A program made the position numbers and the translations under genes. From the sequence record NZ_CP020429.2: a DNA stretch of 64,000 bases; one strand, given 5' to 3'. Under the pieces are notes generated by a model. It made no database searches. It worked only from the letters and a program-made list of their open reading frames with translations, and was not told where the DNA came from. The DNA is from a plasmid. Below, in pieces: positions 49,850-60,318 of this stretch. Numbering within the stretch: the stretch's first letter is position 1; every line of letters starts with the position of its first letter.

Positions 49850-50101
49850 ATATGCACCTCTCATAAAATTTGTTTTAATTATACCATAGAGTTATCTATA
49901 TAGCCGATGAGACAGGTAAAGTCTATATAGATACCCATAGTAATCTAATAAAAACCAATGAAAGTTACTTCAACTTTATTAATTCAAAAGTATAGAAAAT
50001 ATTCTGTTCTATCTTAATGTTATCTTTAAGATGATAAAGTAGAATTACATTGTAAAGAAAGGAGCAATCCTGGCTAAAAGGATTACAAGGTAATTAATGA
50101 G

Positions 50102-51010
50102 ATGAATAATATTATTGAATTGAAAAATCTTAAAAAGGTCTATAAAGACACTACTACAGTGGATCTTAAGAAACTGACAGTCAGAGAAGGGGAAATCTAT
50201 GGTTTCTTAGGTCCCAACGGCGCAGGGAAAACAACTACGATGAAAATGATCTTATCTTTAGTGGAGCCTACTTTAGGAGAGATTTTAGTCAATGGTCAAA
50301 ATATCAAAGAGAATAAAGATTACTTAAATCAAATTGGATCGATGATTGAGGAACCATCTTATTATCCAAATTTAACGGGATATGAAAACTTATTAGTATT
50401 TCAAAAAATGGTAGGTTTTGATGAGGATAATATTTGGCCAACTTTGAAATTAGTTGGATTGGCAGAGGACAAAAATCGTAAGAAATTAGTGAAAGCCTAT
50501 TCCCTAGGGATGAAGCAACGTTTAGCCTTAGCTTTTGCTTTAGTTAAAAAGCCCCAAATTTTATTATTAGATGAACCGACTAATGGTCTTGATCCAGCAG
50601 GGATTCATGAAATTCGTGAGTTGATTGTTAAATTAGCAAAAGAAGAAGGCTTAACAGTCTTTATCTCCAGTCACATTTTATCAGAGATAGAACAAATTGC
50701 TGATCGGGTTGGTATTATAAATCATGGTTGTTTAGTTTATGAAGGAGAGATTCGAGAGATCAAATCAAATACTTGGATTGAGATTGGTGGCGATTTTTCG
50801 CAAAATAATATTGTTCAACACTTAGTTGATTTCGGTTCAGTCAGAGTACGGGAAGCATCGGCGAGTGAGGTTAAATTAGACGATATGAGTAACGATCGTC
50901 TTGCGGATATTATCACCTATATAACAGACCTTGGCTTTAGAATTTTTCGTGTCACTAGAGAAAGTGAGACATTAGAAGATATTTTTCTGGAACTAACAAA
51001 GGAGGTATAA
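50102..51010 (+). CDS. ABC transporter ATP-binding protein (LanF-like)
   Basis: Walker A GPNGAGKTT, signature LSLGMKQR, Walker B LLLDEP. Confidence 0.85.
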   Translation: MNNIIELKNLKKVYKDTTTVDLKKLTVREGEIYGFLGPNGAGKTTTMKMILSLVEPTLGEILVNGQNIKENKDYLNQIGSMIEEPSYYPNLTGYENLLVFQKMVGFDEDNIWPTLKLVGLAEDKNRKKLVKAYSLGMKQRLALAFALVKKPQILLLDEPTNGLDPAGIHEIRELIVKLAKEEGLTVFISSHILSEIEQIADRVGIINHGCLVYEGEIREIKSNTWIEIGGDFSQNNIVQHLVDFGSVRVREASASEVKLDDMSNDRLADIITYITDLGFRIFRVTRESETLEDIFLELTKEV

Positions 51011-51011
51011 G

Positions 51012-51755
51012 ATGAAAGGTGTGTACATTGAATGGTTAAAAAGTAGACGAACAAAATCTTTTTCAATTGTTACTCTTTTGATGATTGTAGCGACATTGTG
51101 GAGTATTGCAATGTTTATGTCTGTTTTTTCGCATCCAGAGTTAAAAAATGTCGGAACTTTATTTAGTAATCAGAATGTGAACCTTCTCATGCTTCCTATT
51201 GCTGTTTCTGTATTTGTGAGTCGAATTGTGAGTAATGAACGTGAAGGACAGACCTTTAAATTACAAGCTACAAATGGCTTAGGTTTGATGACTATTTTTA
51301 GACATAAATTTTTATTTACAATGGTCTTCTTCTTTGTCATGTCTTTTGCAGAAATTGTAGCTATCTGTTGCTTTGGAAAACAATCTGGTATCTCAATTCC
51401 TATGGACATTGTAGGAGTTCAATTTTTAGGACAATTACTATCTATTTTCGCTCTAGTTTCTATCTATTTAACGTTAGCAATGGTTCTAGAAAAACAAGGC
51501 GTATTACTGGCTTTAGGATTGTTAGGAGGTTTTTTAGGAATCGTCTTAAATCCAAGAAGTTATGGTTTTGCTAGTTTGCTTAATCCGTTGACCGGAGCAG
51601 GCAGTTTAGCACCTTATAAGTATCACTTTCTTGGGGATGGGGCATATACCTACCTCTTGGATCAACAGTTACCTTGGAAACTAGTATTCTTTATGATTTA
51701 TTGTTTGATGTTATACGGTTTAGCTAATGTTATTCTGAGAAAGAGAGGAAGTTGA
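51012..51755 (+). CDS. ABC-2 type permease (LanE-like)
   Basis: 6 TM, about 250 aa, coupled start. Confidence 0.65.
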   Translation: MKGVYIEWLKSRRTKSFSIVTLLMIVATLWSIAMFMSVFSHPELKNVGTLFSNQNVNLLMLPIAVSVFVSRIVSNEREGQTFKLQATNGLGLMTIFRHKFLFTMVFFFVMSFAEIVAICCFGKQSGISIPMDIVGVQFLGQLLSIFALVSIYLTLAMVLEKQGVLLALGLLGGFLGIVLNPRSYGFASLLNPLTGAGSLAPYKYHFLGDGAYTYLLDQQLPWKLVFFMIYCLMLYGLANVILRKRGS

Positions 51756-51756
51756 A

Positions 51757-52491
51757 ATGAGACCTTATGTTTTTGCTGAGTGGAAAAAGACTCGCAAATT
51801 ACAATTGTTCATGATTGGAATGGCATTTTTGATTTTTTCTAGCTTTATCGGTTTAGGAGTTTATTTTGCTAATAGGGCTGTCTTAATTGATAAGACACAA
51901 TCCCTTGTTTTATGGGGACAATTAACATTTTATAACAGTACACTTCTCTATCCTCCTATGTTAGCCATTATTGTGGGACAGTTACTGATGCCAGAATTTG
52001 AGAGAAAAAACATTGAGATGTTAAAAGCTAATCAAGTTTCAATGGATAAATTGTACTTTGGAAAACTATTAAGTGGCTTCTTTCTGATTCTTTCCGTCCA
52101 ACTTTTTTTACTACTTATTTTTGTTGTAGCTGCCAAAGTTGACGGGATTTCGTTTGACCTCAGTTTAGCAGTTCATATTAAATGGCTTCTGTTATCAGTG
52201 GTGGCCTCTTTTCCGATAATGACGCTTCAATCCTTCGTAACCGCAAAGACTCGTAATTTTAGTAAAGCTGTTGGAGTTGCTACAATTGGTAGCATGTTAA
52301 ACTTTGTGCTGATTTTTATTAACGAGAATCTTACAAAGTTTTTCCCTTATTCTCAACCAATGATTGCCCTACGCAGTCGTTCTTTAACAGATATGTCCTT
52401 AATAGATTTGACGATTTTTCTAGTTGTTAATAGTCTATATAGTTTACTTTTCTATAAATTAACAGTGGCAGCTTTGAAGAAAAACGAATAA
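51757..52491 (+). CDS. ABC-2 type permease (LanG-like)
   Basis: 6 TM, about 245 aa. Confidence 0.65.
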   Translation: MRPYVFAEWKKTRKLQLFMIGMAFLIFSSFIGLGVYFANRAVLIDKTQSLVLWGQLTFYNSTLLYPPMLAIIVGQLLMPEFERKNIEMLKANQVSMDKLYFGKLLSGFFLILSVQLFLLLIFVVAAKVDGISFDLSLAVHIKWLLLSVVASFPIMTLQSFVTAKTRNFSKAVGVATIGSMLNFVLIFINENLTKFFPYSQPMIALRSRSLTDMSLIDLTIFLVVNSLYSLLFYKLTVAALKKNE

Positions 52492-52966
52492 TGTTTTAAA
52501 AATATATCCATTGTTTATGTCAGAATAAGGAAATTTCAGTCAAAAATTTGGATACTGTCAATAATTATGTGTAAACACTCAAGTAGAGTTTGAACTGCAC
52601 CCCAAAAGTATCTGCTGCCTTGGGATTAATTATGGAAAAGTATCACTTAAAAAATCAGCTTGATGAAGCTATCAAAATCTTGTATGACAATAGTTGGCTA
52701 AGTCATGATGGAAATGGTAATCAATTTAGAATGCTGAACATTACAAATTTTGTTCAATAATCAATTAATGAAGGTGTTAATATGAATCAAGTGCTTATCA
52801 TAGAGGATGATTTTGATATTGACTCGCATCATCCTAGGGATAAATAACAATAGTTGCATAATCACATATCAATAATAAAGAGTTGTTCTGAATTTGCTTT
52901 ATTGTATGCTAAATTTCTGAATAAACTCTAAATGCGTTCGTTTAAACATATATGGAGTACAAACCT

Positions 52967-53353
52967 ATGAAAAAATTATTTTGGATGACACGAAGTCAAC
53001 GTTTCTCAATCAGAAAATATTCTATCGGAGTAGCTTCTACTGTTCAAGAAACAACTGTTACTCAAGAAGTAGCGCAGGCTACCAAAGGAACGGAAGACAG
53101 TTTAAACAATTCTGCTGTATCTGAGGACTCACATGGAAACGTTGAAACAACCAACATTGATTCATCTACAAACACTTCAAATAATGTTACACATGCTAGT
53201 ATAAAAGCAGAACCTAAAATGTCCTCACCAGAACTGGCTTATTACGATACCGGAGACGGTGTTAATTACGACAAAGTGCTTTTGTCTGATGGTCATTACT
53301 GGATTAGTTATACTGCTGCTTCAGGTAACAGACGTTACATTAGCGTAGCATAG
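52967..53353 (+). CDS. secreted protein with YSIRK-type signal peptide and C-terminal SH3_5-like wall-binding domain
   Basis: RFSIRKYSIGVAS signal; C-terminal VNYDKVLLSDGHYWISYTAASGNRRYISVA. Confidence 0.55.
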   Translation: MKKLFWMTRSQRFSIRKYSIGVASTVQETTVTQEVAQATKGTEDSLNNSAVSEDSHGNVETTNIDSSTNTSNNVTHASIKAEPKMSSPELAYYDTGDGVNYDKVLLSDGHYWISYTAASGNRRYISVA

Positions 53354-53359
53354 GAGAAT

Positions 53360-53968
53360 ATGATGAAAAAAACAATTAAAATCGTGACAGGCTTGATAGT
53401 AGCTGTATTGGTTATCTTACTTGCTTTTGTACTATTAAAAGGTTGTGGTAGTAGTAAAGTAGATAAAAGTGGCTTTTATAGCAAGGATATAAAGACGAGC
53501 AAAACGTCATCCTCTAGCAGTAAGAGGTCGACAAAGAGCTCTTCCAAGAAATCAAGTAGCACGTCAAGTTCTACACAAGCAGACTCTAGCACCGAGGCTA
53601 CAAGTAATGAAGCTAGTGCTGCTTCTAGTGCAACAACTACTACACCAACACAAGCGCAAGCTCAAACACCAACGCAACCAAGTCAAGGGAACAGTGCTAA
53701 TCAAGCTGGAACCACAACTTCTGAATCTGATCCGAAAACAGGTTATGGTGGTTGGGAAGCCACTTCTGGTACTTTGGAGTTGTTAAAAGATACCCCTGTC
53801 TATGCTTCACCTGATAAAAGCAGCGGTGTTGCTTATGTACAACCTCAAACAAACATTGAGTGGGACAAATACATGTACGAAAACGGCGAGTGGTGGTACA
53901 GCTTTGTTCAAAAAAATCGTGACCAAGAAGTTCGATTTTACATTGCTTATTCAGATATAGGCTATTGA
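53360..53968 (+). CDS. membrane-anchored Ser/Thr-rich protein with C-terminal SH3-like domain (paralogue of 1866-2432)
   Basis: shared C-terminal domain W.ATSGTL.L...PVYA.PDK.SGV...DWDKY..G.WYSFV. Confidence 0.55.
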   Translation: MMKKTIKIVTGLIVAVLVILLAFVLLKGCGSSKVDKSGFYSKDIKTSKTSSSSSKRSTKSSSKKSSSTSSSTQADSSTEATSNEASAASSATTTTPTQAQAQTPTQPSQGNSANQAGTTTSESDPKTGYGGWEATSGTLELLKDTPVYASPDKSSGVAYVQPQTNIEWDKYMYENGEWWYSFVQKNRDQEVRFYIAYSDIGY

Positions 53969-54047
53969 TAGAAAAAGAAAAGATAAAATGGCTCCTTGTC
54001 AAATAATCTAAAAAATGTCATAATTGGTTTTATATTAGGAGGTATAA

Positions 54048-54515
54048 ATGGCAGAAAATATAAAAAACTGGGTTAATGTGTGTGTAGTAAAAAACAATAA
54101 AATTCTTTTACTTAATAGACAACATGATGATTTTCCTGGATGGATTCCTCCAGGTGGGAAAGTAGAGTTTCCTGAAAGTTTTTTTGAAGCTGCTATTCGA
54201 GAATTAAAAGAGGAGACTGGTCTAACTGCTTTAAATTTAAAATTAAAAGGTATTTCTGGATTTACCAATACTATTGGTAACGAAAGGTTCGTATACTACG
54301 ATTTTTTGTGTACAAATTTTTCTGGAGATATTCGTGCTTCTAGAGAAGGAGAACCTAAATGGTGGAATTTAGAAGATATTGAAGAAATACCTATGCAAGA
54401 AGAAATTAAAAATAGGTTGCCCCTTTACTTACGTGAAGGAAGTTTTGAAAGTATTAATTACTGGGATGAGTCAAAAAAATGTATTAGCCATAATAAAACA
54501 ATTTTGTTTGATTAA
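54048..54515 (+). CDS. NUDIX hydrolase
   Basis: Nudix box GGKVEFPESFFEAAIRELKEETGL. Confidence 0.8.
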   Translation: MAENIKNWVNVCVVKNNKILLLNRQHDDFPGWIPPGGKVEFPESFFEAAIRELKEETGLTALNLKLKGISGFTNTIGNERFVYYDFLCTNFSGDIRASREGEPKWWNLEDIEEIPMQEEIKNRLPLYLREGSFESINYWDESKKCISHNKTILFD

Positions 54516-54639
54516 ACTTTTTTGATTTGTATCAATAAATATTCTACATCTAGCTGCTCAGCTAGGAGTTATTAGCACAAATTGAATAAACTATTCGCTA
54601 CTATATCTCCTATCTTAAATTCATTTATTACTTAAAATT

Positions 54640-54800
54640 TTGGCTCTATAATTTCTGTAGTGGGTAAAACCACTGTAGGAATTATGGAGTCTATGTTTTT
54701 GTAGAAAAAAAGGCTCCTTGTCAACTGTAGTGGGTGATGAAAAGCTAACATCTAGAGAGGACCATATAGGTCTTCTCTTTTTGCATGTTCAGAATGATGA
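54640..54800. repeat. ISL3 left-IR and right-IR remnants in tandem (no transposase)
   Basis: GGCTCTATAATTTCTGTAGTGGGTAAAACC then CCTTGTCAACTGTAGTGGGTGATGAAAAGC. Confidence 0.65.
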
Positions 54801-54872
54801 AAATTCGTTGACTTATGGCAACGCTTTATATCAACTTTTTTTAAAAATATTTTTTTTTTTGCAAATAAAAAA

Positions 54873-55273
54873 CTAGGGCGAGGGCCCTAGTTGTAAAGGA
54901 GGTTTGTTCACATCTGGGTTTACAGGAGATTATGATGTGAACGGGATTGATTAGGAGTCTCTATTTCTATTAGGAGGATTAGAGACAGAAAGGATTAGTT
55001 TTTGAGTGTAGTTTCATCGAACTACAAGAAGATTATATCAATTTATGAGATAGGATACAATGGACTTAGGGGGTGTCACACCCCCTATAATTAGACTAAT
55101 AATTAATATAAACAATAGTTTAGGAGTGACAGAAGCAGAGATGAATGAAATGAAACAGGACAATGTCATACTATGATATATGAGATACTAGGTCTATATG
55201 GCAAATTAGCCAGGGAATGACTTTTATTATCTATGGTATAATAGGATAAACTTGGAGTTGTAGAGGTGAGTAT
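54873..55273 (+). repeat. repeat family B, copy 2 (56-bp internal deletion between CTATAATTAGA direct repeats; palindrome at 55068-55086)
   Basis: alignment by eye to 29769-30225. Confidence 0.85.
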
Positions 55274-55891
55274 TTGGAAGAAAATAGACCTGATTTTAGA
55301 GATATAAAATCGTTTGAAGAATTTAACAGATACTACTGGTATCGAGAAGAGCTTTCACAAATTTGTAAGTACCTTGGATTAGAATACAGATGTACAAAAA
55401 AAGAATTAAATCATATTATAGAACAATATTTTAAGGGAAATAGAGTAGAAAAATTTTTGAGGAAAAGAAACAAAAATCAAACCGAAATAATAACCCTAAA
55501 TACATCATTACTTGAATGTGGGTTTTCCTTTAATCAGAAATTTCGTGATTATTTTTCAGCTGTAACAGGTGTTAATCCGTTTAAATTTAATGCTGATATG
55601 GCAACAGCTTGGCGAAAAGTAAAACGGGACAACAACATAAATTTTACAATCCAAGATATGATTAAAATATACTATGGAGAGTCAGACTACGCCAAGTATG
55701 ATAATTCAGCTTGCCAATGGAATCAATTTCTAAAAGACTTTTGTGCGGATGAATTTAGCAATCATTACTCCAACAAGTTAAAAGTTGCGGCTATCCTTTG
55801 GAAAGAAGTTAGAGATTCAAAAAATAAAAAAATTTATTCACGGGGACTTCTAAAAGAATATAGCTACAAAATAGAGGAGTACTGTAAGTAA
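55274..55891 (+). CDS. hypothetical 205-aa protein, copy 2 (identical to 30226-30843)
   Basis: TTG start, same RBS. Confidence 0.6.
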   Translation: MEENRPDFRDIKSFEEFNRYYWYREELSQICKYLGLEYRCTKKELNHIIEQYFKGNRVEKFLRKRNKNQTEIITLNTSLLECGFSFNQKFRDYFSAVTGVNPFKFNADMATAWRKVKRDNNINFTIQDMIKIYYGESDYAKYDNSACQWNQFLKDFCADEFSNHYSNKLKVAAILWKEVRDSKNKKIYSRGLLKEYSYKIEEYCK

Positions 55892-56046
55892 ACAACTTCA
55901 AGTTTGTCGAACGGAATATAAAGTATTAAAGACGATAGAAATAAAAAATCTATCAAAAGATTATTTGAAATGTACGAAGAAAAGAAACAAAAGAATGAAT
56001 GACTATGGTATCTTTTTGGTAGCTAAACAGACAAAATATCTTGTTT

Positions 56047-56080
56047 TTTACCCACTACAAATATTATAGAGCCGTTAAAT
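56047..56080. repeat. solo ISL3 left-IR remnant
   Basis: TTTTACCCACTACAAATATTATAGAGCC. Confidence 0.6.
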
Positions 56081-56273
56081 CAAGCTTTTTTCGTTTCTAC
56101 TGAAACGTAATGACCCACTATTTAACCTCTATCATTTTTTATTTTGGTGAAGCCTAACTTAGTTTCTACTGAATAATCTTTTTCGGTCATAATAAAACAC
56201 TCCTGTTCATAGTTTTACTAGATCTCAACAGGAGTGTTATTTTTGCGTCTCAATTTATGTGTTCAGTGTCTAT

Positions 56274-57482
56274 CTACTTTTCTAGTAACCAATCTATGAT
56301 ATTTTTCTTCTCAATACCATTGTAATTTGCTGTTGGCTGAATCGTATCCATTGTTAATAGATATTTTGGGAATTGATCTTTAATGGCTTCTAGTGGTCTA
56401 AGTTCTCTGTCTAGTGTTTCTGGAGCAAGTGTTGTTTCACTGACCTGATAATAAACGTAGTGACCAACATCAGTTACAGCAACAAAATCAACCTCATACT
56501 TATCTAAATTACCAACATATACTTGTGAATATCTACGTCTCAATTCTAAATATACAATATTTTCCAAGATATGACCAATGTCTTCTTTGTGGTCTGGTAA
56601 TAAGAGATGCCGTAAACCTAAATCAACGGGATAATATTTTTCTAAGCGTTGCAATAATGCTCTACCTTTTACATCAAAACGTGGAACGGAATAAAAAAGT
56701 AAACTATCTGTCAAAGTTGTCAAATAATTTTCCAAAGTATTATGGGATATGGAAACATTTTGACTGACTAGGGTATTGCGAATCTTATTTGTTGATATTA
56801 AGCTACCTGTACTACTGAGAAGGGTTCTGACAATGCGCTCAATAATAGTAGGATTTGGATTTCCCAATCTAGTTACAATATCGTTTAACAGTATTGAGTT
56901 ATATATTCCTCTGAGATAGTCAATTTTTTCAGCGTAAGATGATGTTTGCAATAAGTAAGGGAAAGCACTAAATAGATAATTGTTAAAAATTTTTGTTGTA
57001 TTCAGATTCTCTGAGAGAGATTGACCTGATAGGTATTCTTCAAATGACAAAGGAAGAACCTCTATCTCAACATAACGCCCAGTCAAGTTTGTTGCTAATT
57101 GGCTACTCATAAAGTAGGCGTTAGATCCAGTCAAATAGAGGTCTACATTTGGTAAGATGAATAGACTATCTGCTACCAGTTCAAATTTTTCAACATGTTG
57201 AATTTCATCTAAAAAGATATAGTATGTTTTCTCTTCAACTAACCGCTCTTTTATATAAGTAAATAATGTTTGAAAATGTCGCAGTTCATAGTAACTCAAA
57301 TCTTCGAAATTGATGGATATAATCTGCTCCTCGTCTACCCCAGTTGCTAGTAATTCCTCTTTATAGAGTTGAAAAAGTACAGATTTACCAGCTCGCCTAA
57401 CTCCGCTCACAACTTTGATGATTTGTCGGTCACGATGTCTTCTTAAAAAGTCTAAATAATGTGGTCTTTTAATATAGTTCAT
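56274..57482 (-). CDS. AAA-family ATPase (AAA_14 + DUF4143-like)
   Basis: Walker A GVRRAGKS, Walker B YIFLDEIQ. Confidence 0.7.
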   Translation of the reverse strand: MNYIKRPHYLDFLRRHRDRQIIKVVSGVRRAGKSVLFQLYKEELLATGVDEEQIISINFEDLSYYELRHFQTLFTYIKERLVEEKTYYIFLDEIQHVEKFELVADSLFILPNVDLYLTGSNAYFMSSQLATNLTGRYVEIEVLPLSFEEYLSGQSLSENLNTTKIFNNYLFSAFPYLLQTSSYAEKIDYLRGIYNSILLNDIVTRLGNPNPTIIERIVRTLLSSTGSLISTNKIRNTLVSQNVSISHNTLENYLTTLTDSLLFYSVPRFDVKGRALLQRLEKYYPVDLGLRHLLLPDHKEDIGHILENIVYLELRRRYSQVYVGNLDKYEVDFVAVTDVGHYVYYQVSETTLAPETLDRELRPLEAIKDQFPKYLLTMDTIQPTANYNGIEKKNIIDWLLEK

Positions 57483-57823
57483 AATAGTTACCTCAAAGAC
57501 AGTATAATATAAATAGTAATTATTTTCAAATATTTAGAAATAATGTTTGATTTGTTTGATTTTTTCTAAGTGTTTAGAAATAATATCTGGGACAATTTGA
57601 ATATCTTCAGGATAGAAAAAGAAATTGCACTGGCACGAAGAAACTGTATATTTGTTGTTAAACTGTACATCATCTTTGTGATACGGTAGTTTGTATTTCT
57701 CAGTTATTGCATACTTACGAATAAATAGCCAAATTTTTTTAGAATTATTGACAAAAAAATATTATTGTCTTACAATAATATCGAAGAAAGAATTATTGCA
57801 AGACAATAATTGAGGTATTTAAC

Positions 57824-58345
57824 ATGAAAAAAATATTAAAAATAACAAGTAATCTCTTGTCTCTAATGAGGTATCCTGTTTGGGGAATAAATTTCCTGTT
57901 ATTTTTAGGAATAGTAGGAGTTTTATTTGGGGGACAGAGAAGTCATTGGATGTTTACATTTGACTATGGTGATTCCATTATTAATGTTCCAATATTTTTT
58001 CCATTAGTTATTCTTATATTGTTAATTATAATTTTTATTTTTATTATCCAGTTATTAAAAATTTGGAGTAAGTTGTTATTTGGTTTCAGTAAGGGTCAAT
58101 TTTTTAGTGTTGAGAATCTTAAAAAATTAAAAAGATCGATGATATTTCTAGTTTTGGTGACTGCTATTCAATTATTGATTAATCTAATATTCAACTATTT
58201 AAGTGTAGAAAATGTTAGTGAAGTATTTGATTTTTCGTTGAAAAATTACGTGGTACATACTGTATTCATATTATTTAACGCTATATTGATTATCGTATTG
58301 GAAAAAGGAAAAAATATTCAAAAAGAAAATGAGGACTTTATTTAA
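57824..58345 (+). CDS. DUF2975-like multi-TM membrane protein
   Basis: 4 TM; classic pairing with downstream small HTH regulator. Confidence 0.55.
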   Translation: MKKILKITSNLLSLMRYPVWGINFLLFLGIVGVLFGGQRSHWMFTFDYGDSIINVPIFFPLVILILLIIIFIFIIQLLKIWSKLLFGFSKGQFFSVENLKKLKRSMIFLVLVTAIQLLINLIFNYLSVENVSEVFDFSLKNYVVHTVFILFNAILIIVLEKGKNIQKENEDFI

Positions 58346-58349
58346 TGTA

Positions 58350-58574
58350 ATGGATAAGATACAAATAAATTTAGAAAAGTTAATTAAAGAAAAGAATCTT
58401 ACATCTAAAGAAGTTGCAAAAAGAATAAATATCACAGAGGCAAATCTATCAATTTTGAAAACGGGAAAAGCAAAAGGTATACGTTTCACTACCCTCTTAC
58501 GAATATGTAGAGCACTTGATTGTCAACCTGGTGATATTTTAGAGTATGTTAGGAGTGAAAACCATGAAGATTAA
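58350..58574 (+). CDS. XRE-family HTH transcriptional regulator (YozG-like)
   Basis: LTSKEVAKRINITEANLSILKTGKAKGIRFTTLLRICRAL helix-turn-helix. Confidence 0.7.
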   Translation: MDKIQINLEKLIKEKNLTSKEVAKRINITEANLSILKTGKAKGIRFTTLLRICRALDCQPGDILEYVRSENHED

Positions 58575-59016
58575 AAAAGTAATATTATGTATGATCTTTA
58601 CTCTTGCAAGCATTATGCTAGTTTCATGTAGTACAAATGAAACAGTAAAAGATGTTACACAAGAAATAGAACAACAAATGTCCAAAGATGATACAGACAA
58701 TTTAGGTATAACTTATATTACGGAACAAAAAGAAGGAGAGACTCTAAAAGCATCATTTACTGATTTTGATGGGGTTATTTATGTAATTAGTACTAAAGAG
58801 AATATTGAGTCAATAAAGAATTCAGATTTTAGTTTGGATAATAAAAATTTCGAAGATGTTAAAACTGATTCCTACGATGATTTCAATATTCGTTATAAAA
58901 ATAAAACTTATTTTTCGGTTAAAAAACTTGATATAGAGTCAAATAATATTACTTCATTAAAATTTAATTCAGATTATTCAGAGAGTATTTTATTAGTTTA
59001 TAGAACAAAAAACTAG
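58564..59016 (+). CDS. lipoprotein of unknown function
   Basis: signal peptide with lipobox LVSCS. Confidence 0.6.
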   Translation: MKIKKVILCMIFTLASIMLVSCSTNETVKDVTQEIEQQMSKDDTDNLGITYITEQKEGETLKASFTDFDGVIYVISTKENIESIKNSDFSLDNKNFEDVKTDSYDDFNIRYKNKTYFSVKKLDIESNNITSLKFNSDYSESILLVYRTKN

Positions 59017-59355
59017 TTTGTAGTCATAACTAGGGGGTTAGTGGCACTATGGCGAATATTTCGCTTATAGTGCTTTTGTGTACGACGTCATGTCGTACAT
59101 CTGTGATGAAAGTCCCACGGTTATCCTGTTACCGACGAACCAAATAACCCAATAGAGACTCCTAAGTTTGACGATTGTGATCTTGAGGAGAGAGGAAGTG
59201 ATAGCAAAACTGTGGCTCTACAAACAAAATCAGATATAGGTAGATGAGAAACTCTAAAGTGTTCTTGCCAAAGTTTAGTTGAGCAGTCGTATGCCGAACG
59301 ACAAAAGCCTCATTTTAAAGGGCTTTTTTTCATATTTTCCCACTATTTTATTACT

Positions 59356-59643
59356 GTGCTAATTATTTTGTTATTAGTAGCATTTAAGGTTTTGTCGATT
59401 CTTTATGCTAGATTCTTAATAACTGAAGCTTTTAAATTCATTAATATAGCTGTATGGCATCCTATTTACTATGGAAAACAACTATCAGTTTTTAACAAGT
59501 TTTTATGGTTTTTGATGACTCCAATACTTTCTGTCATATTTGCTTTTTTTCTTGGTATTGTTATTCCGATATTTGTTTGGGTAAAATTCATACAACAAGT
59601 GATGGGTAGAATAGCCTATCACTTTTTTTCAGTATGCGCGTGA
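59356..59643 (+). CDS. small membrane protein; 3' end embedded in repeat family A copy 3
   Basis: 3 TM; C-terminus FVWVKFIQQVMGRIAYHFF recurs as non-coding remnant at 29664. Confidence 0.5.
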   Translation: MLIILLLVAFKVLSILYARFLITEAFKFINIAVWHPIYYGKQLSVFNKFLWFLMTPILSVIFAFFLGIVIPIFVWVKFIQQVMGRIAYHFFSVCA

Positions 59644-59680
59644 GTAGGACATCATGTAACTTTTAAACACAAAAAAACTA
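59568..59680. repeat. repeat family A, copy 3
   Basis: see 17607-17699. Confidence 0.8.
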
Positions 59681-60040
59681 GGGCGATGGCCCTAGTTGTA
59701 AAGGAGGTTTGTTCACATCTGGGTTTATAGGAGATTATGATGTGAACGGGATTGATTAGGAGTCTCTATTTCTATTAGGAGGATTAGAGACAGAAAGGAT
59801 TAATTTTCGAGTGTAGTTTCATTGAACTACAAGAAGATTATATCAATTTATGAGATAGGATACAATGGACTTAGGGGGTGTCACACCCCCTATAATTAGA
59901 GAACGACTGACTTATGGTATAGTAGTATGTTTTATTGTGTGCTATCCTATAACTAGACTAATAATTAATATGAACTATAGGTTTGGAGTGACAGAAGCAG
60001 TGATGATTGAAATGAAACAGAACAATGTCATACTATGGAA
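59681..60040 (+). repeat. repeat family B, copy 3 (truncated at IS3 IR remnant; palindrome 59873-59891)
   Basis: alignment by eye to copies 1 and 2. Confidence 0.85.
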
Positions 60041-60258
60041 TTCTGTCAATATTTTGGACACATTTTGGGAGAATTCCACATCTCTATTATGTTACTGATA
60101 GTGGTAAACAAATTGGTGTAGGTGGAACAACTACATCTAATCCTTCTAAACCATCAATTCCTAATAGTGGTGTTTATACTTTTAAAGGCCATTCAAGTAT
60201 CAAAGCAGAACCAAAGATTTCTGCACCTGAGTTGGCATATCCAGATGTAGGACATTGA
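60025..60258 (+). pseudogene. truncated SH3_5-family paralogue (C-terminal fragment only)
   Basis: ...GHSSIKAEPKISAPELAYPDVGH resembles 52967-53353 C-terminal half but ends prematurely. Confidence 0.5.
60037..60072. repeat. solo IS3-family right-IR remnant
   Basis: GAATTCTGTCAATATTTTGGACACATTTTGGGAG matches 21585-21620. Confidence 0.6.
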
Positions 60259-60271
60259 TAAAGAATTAAAA

Positions 60272-60318
60272 AGGAAACATGATAACTCGTATAAAGTTAT
60301 CATGTTTTTGTTCATTTA
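60272..60318 (+). terminator. rho-independent terminator
   Basis: AACATGATAACTCGTATAAAGTTATCATGTT + TTTTG. Confidence 0.6.
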
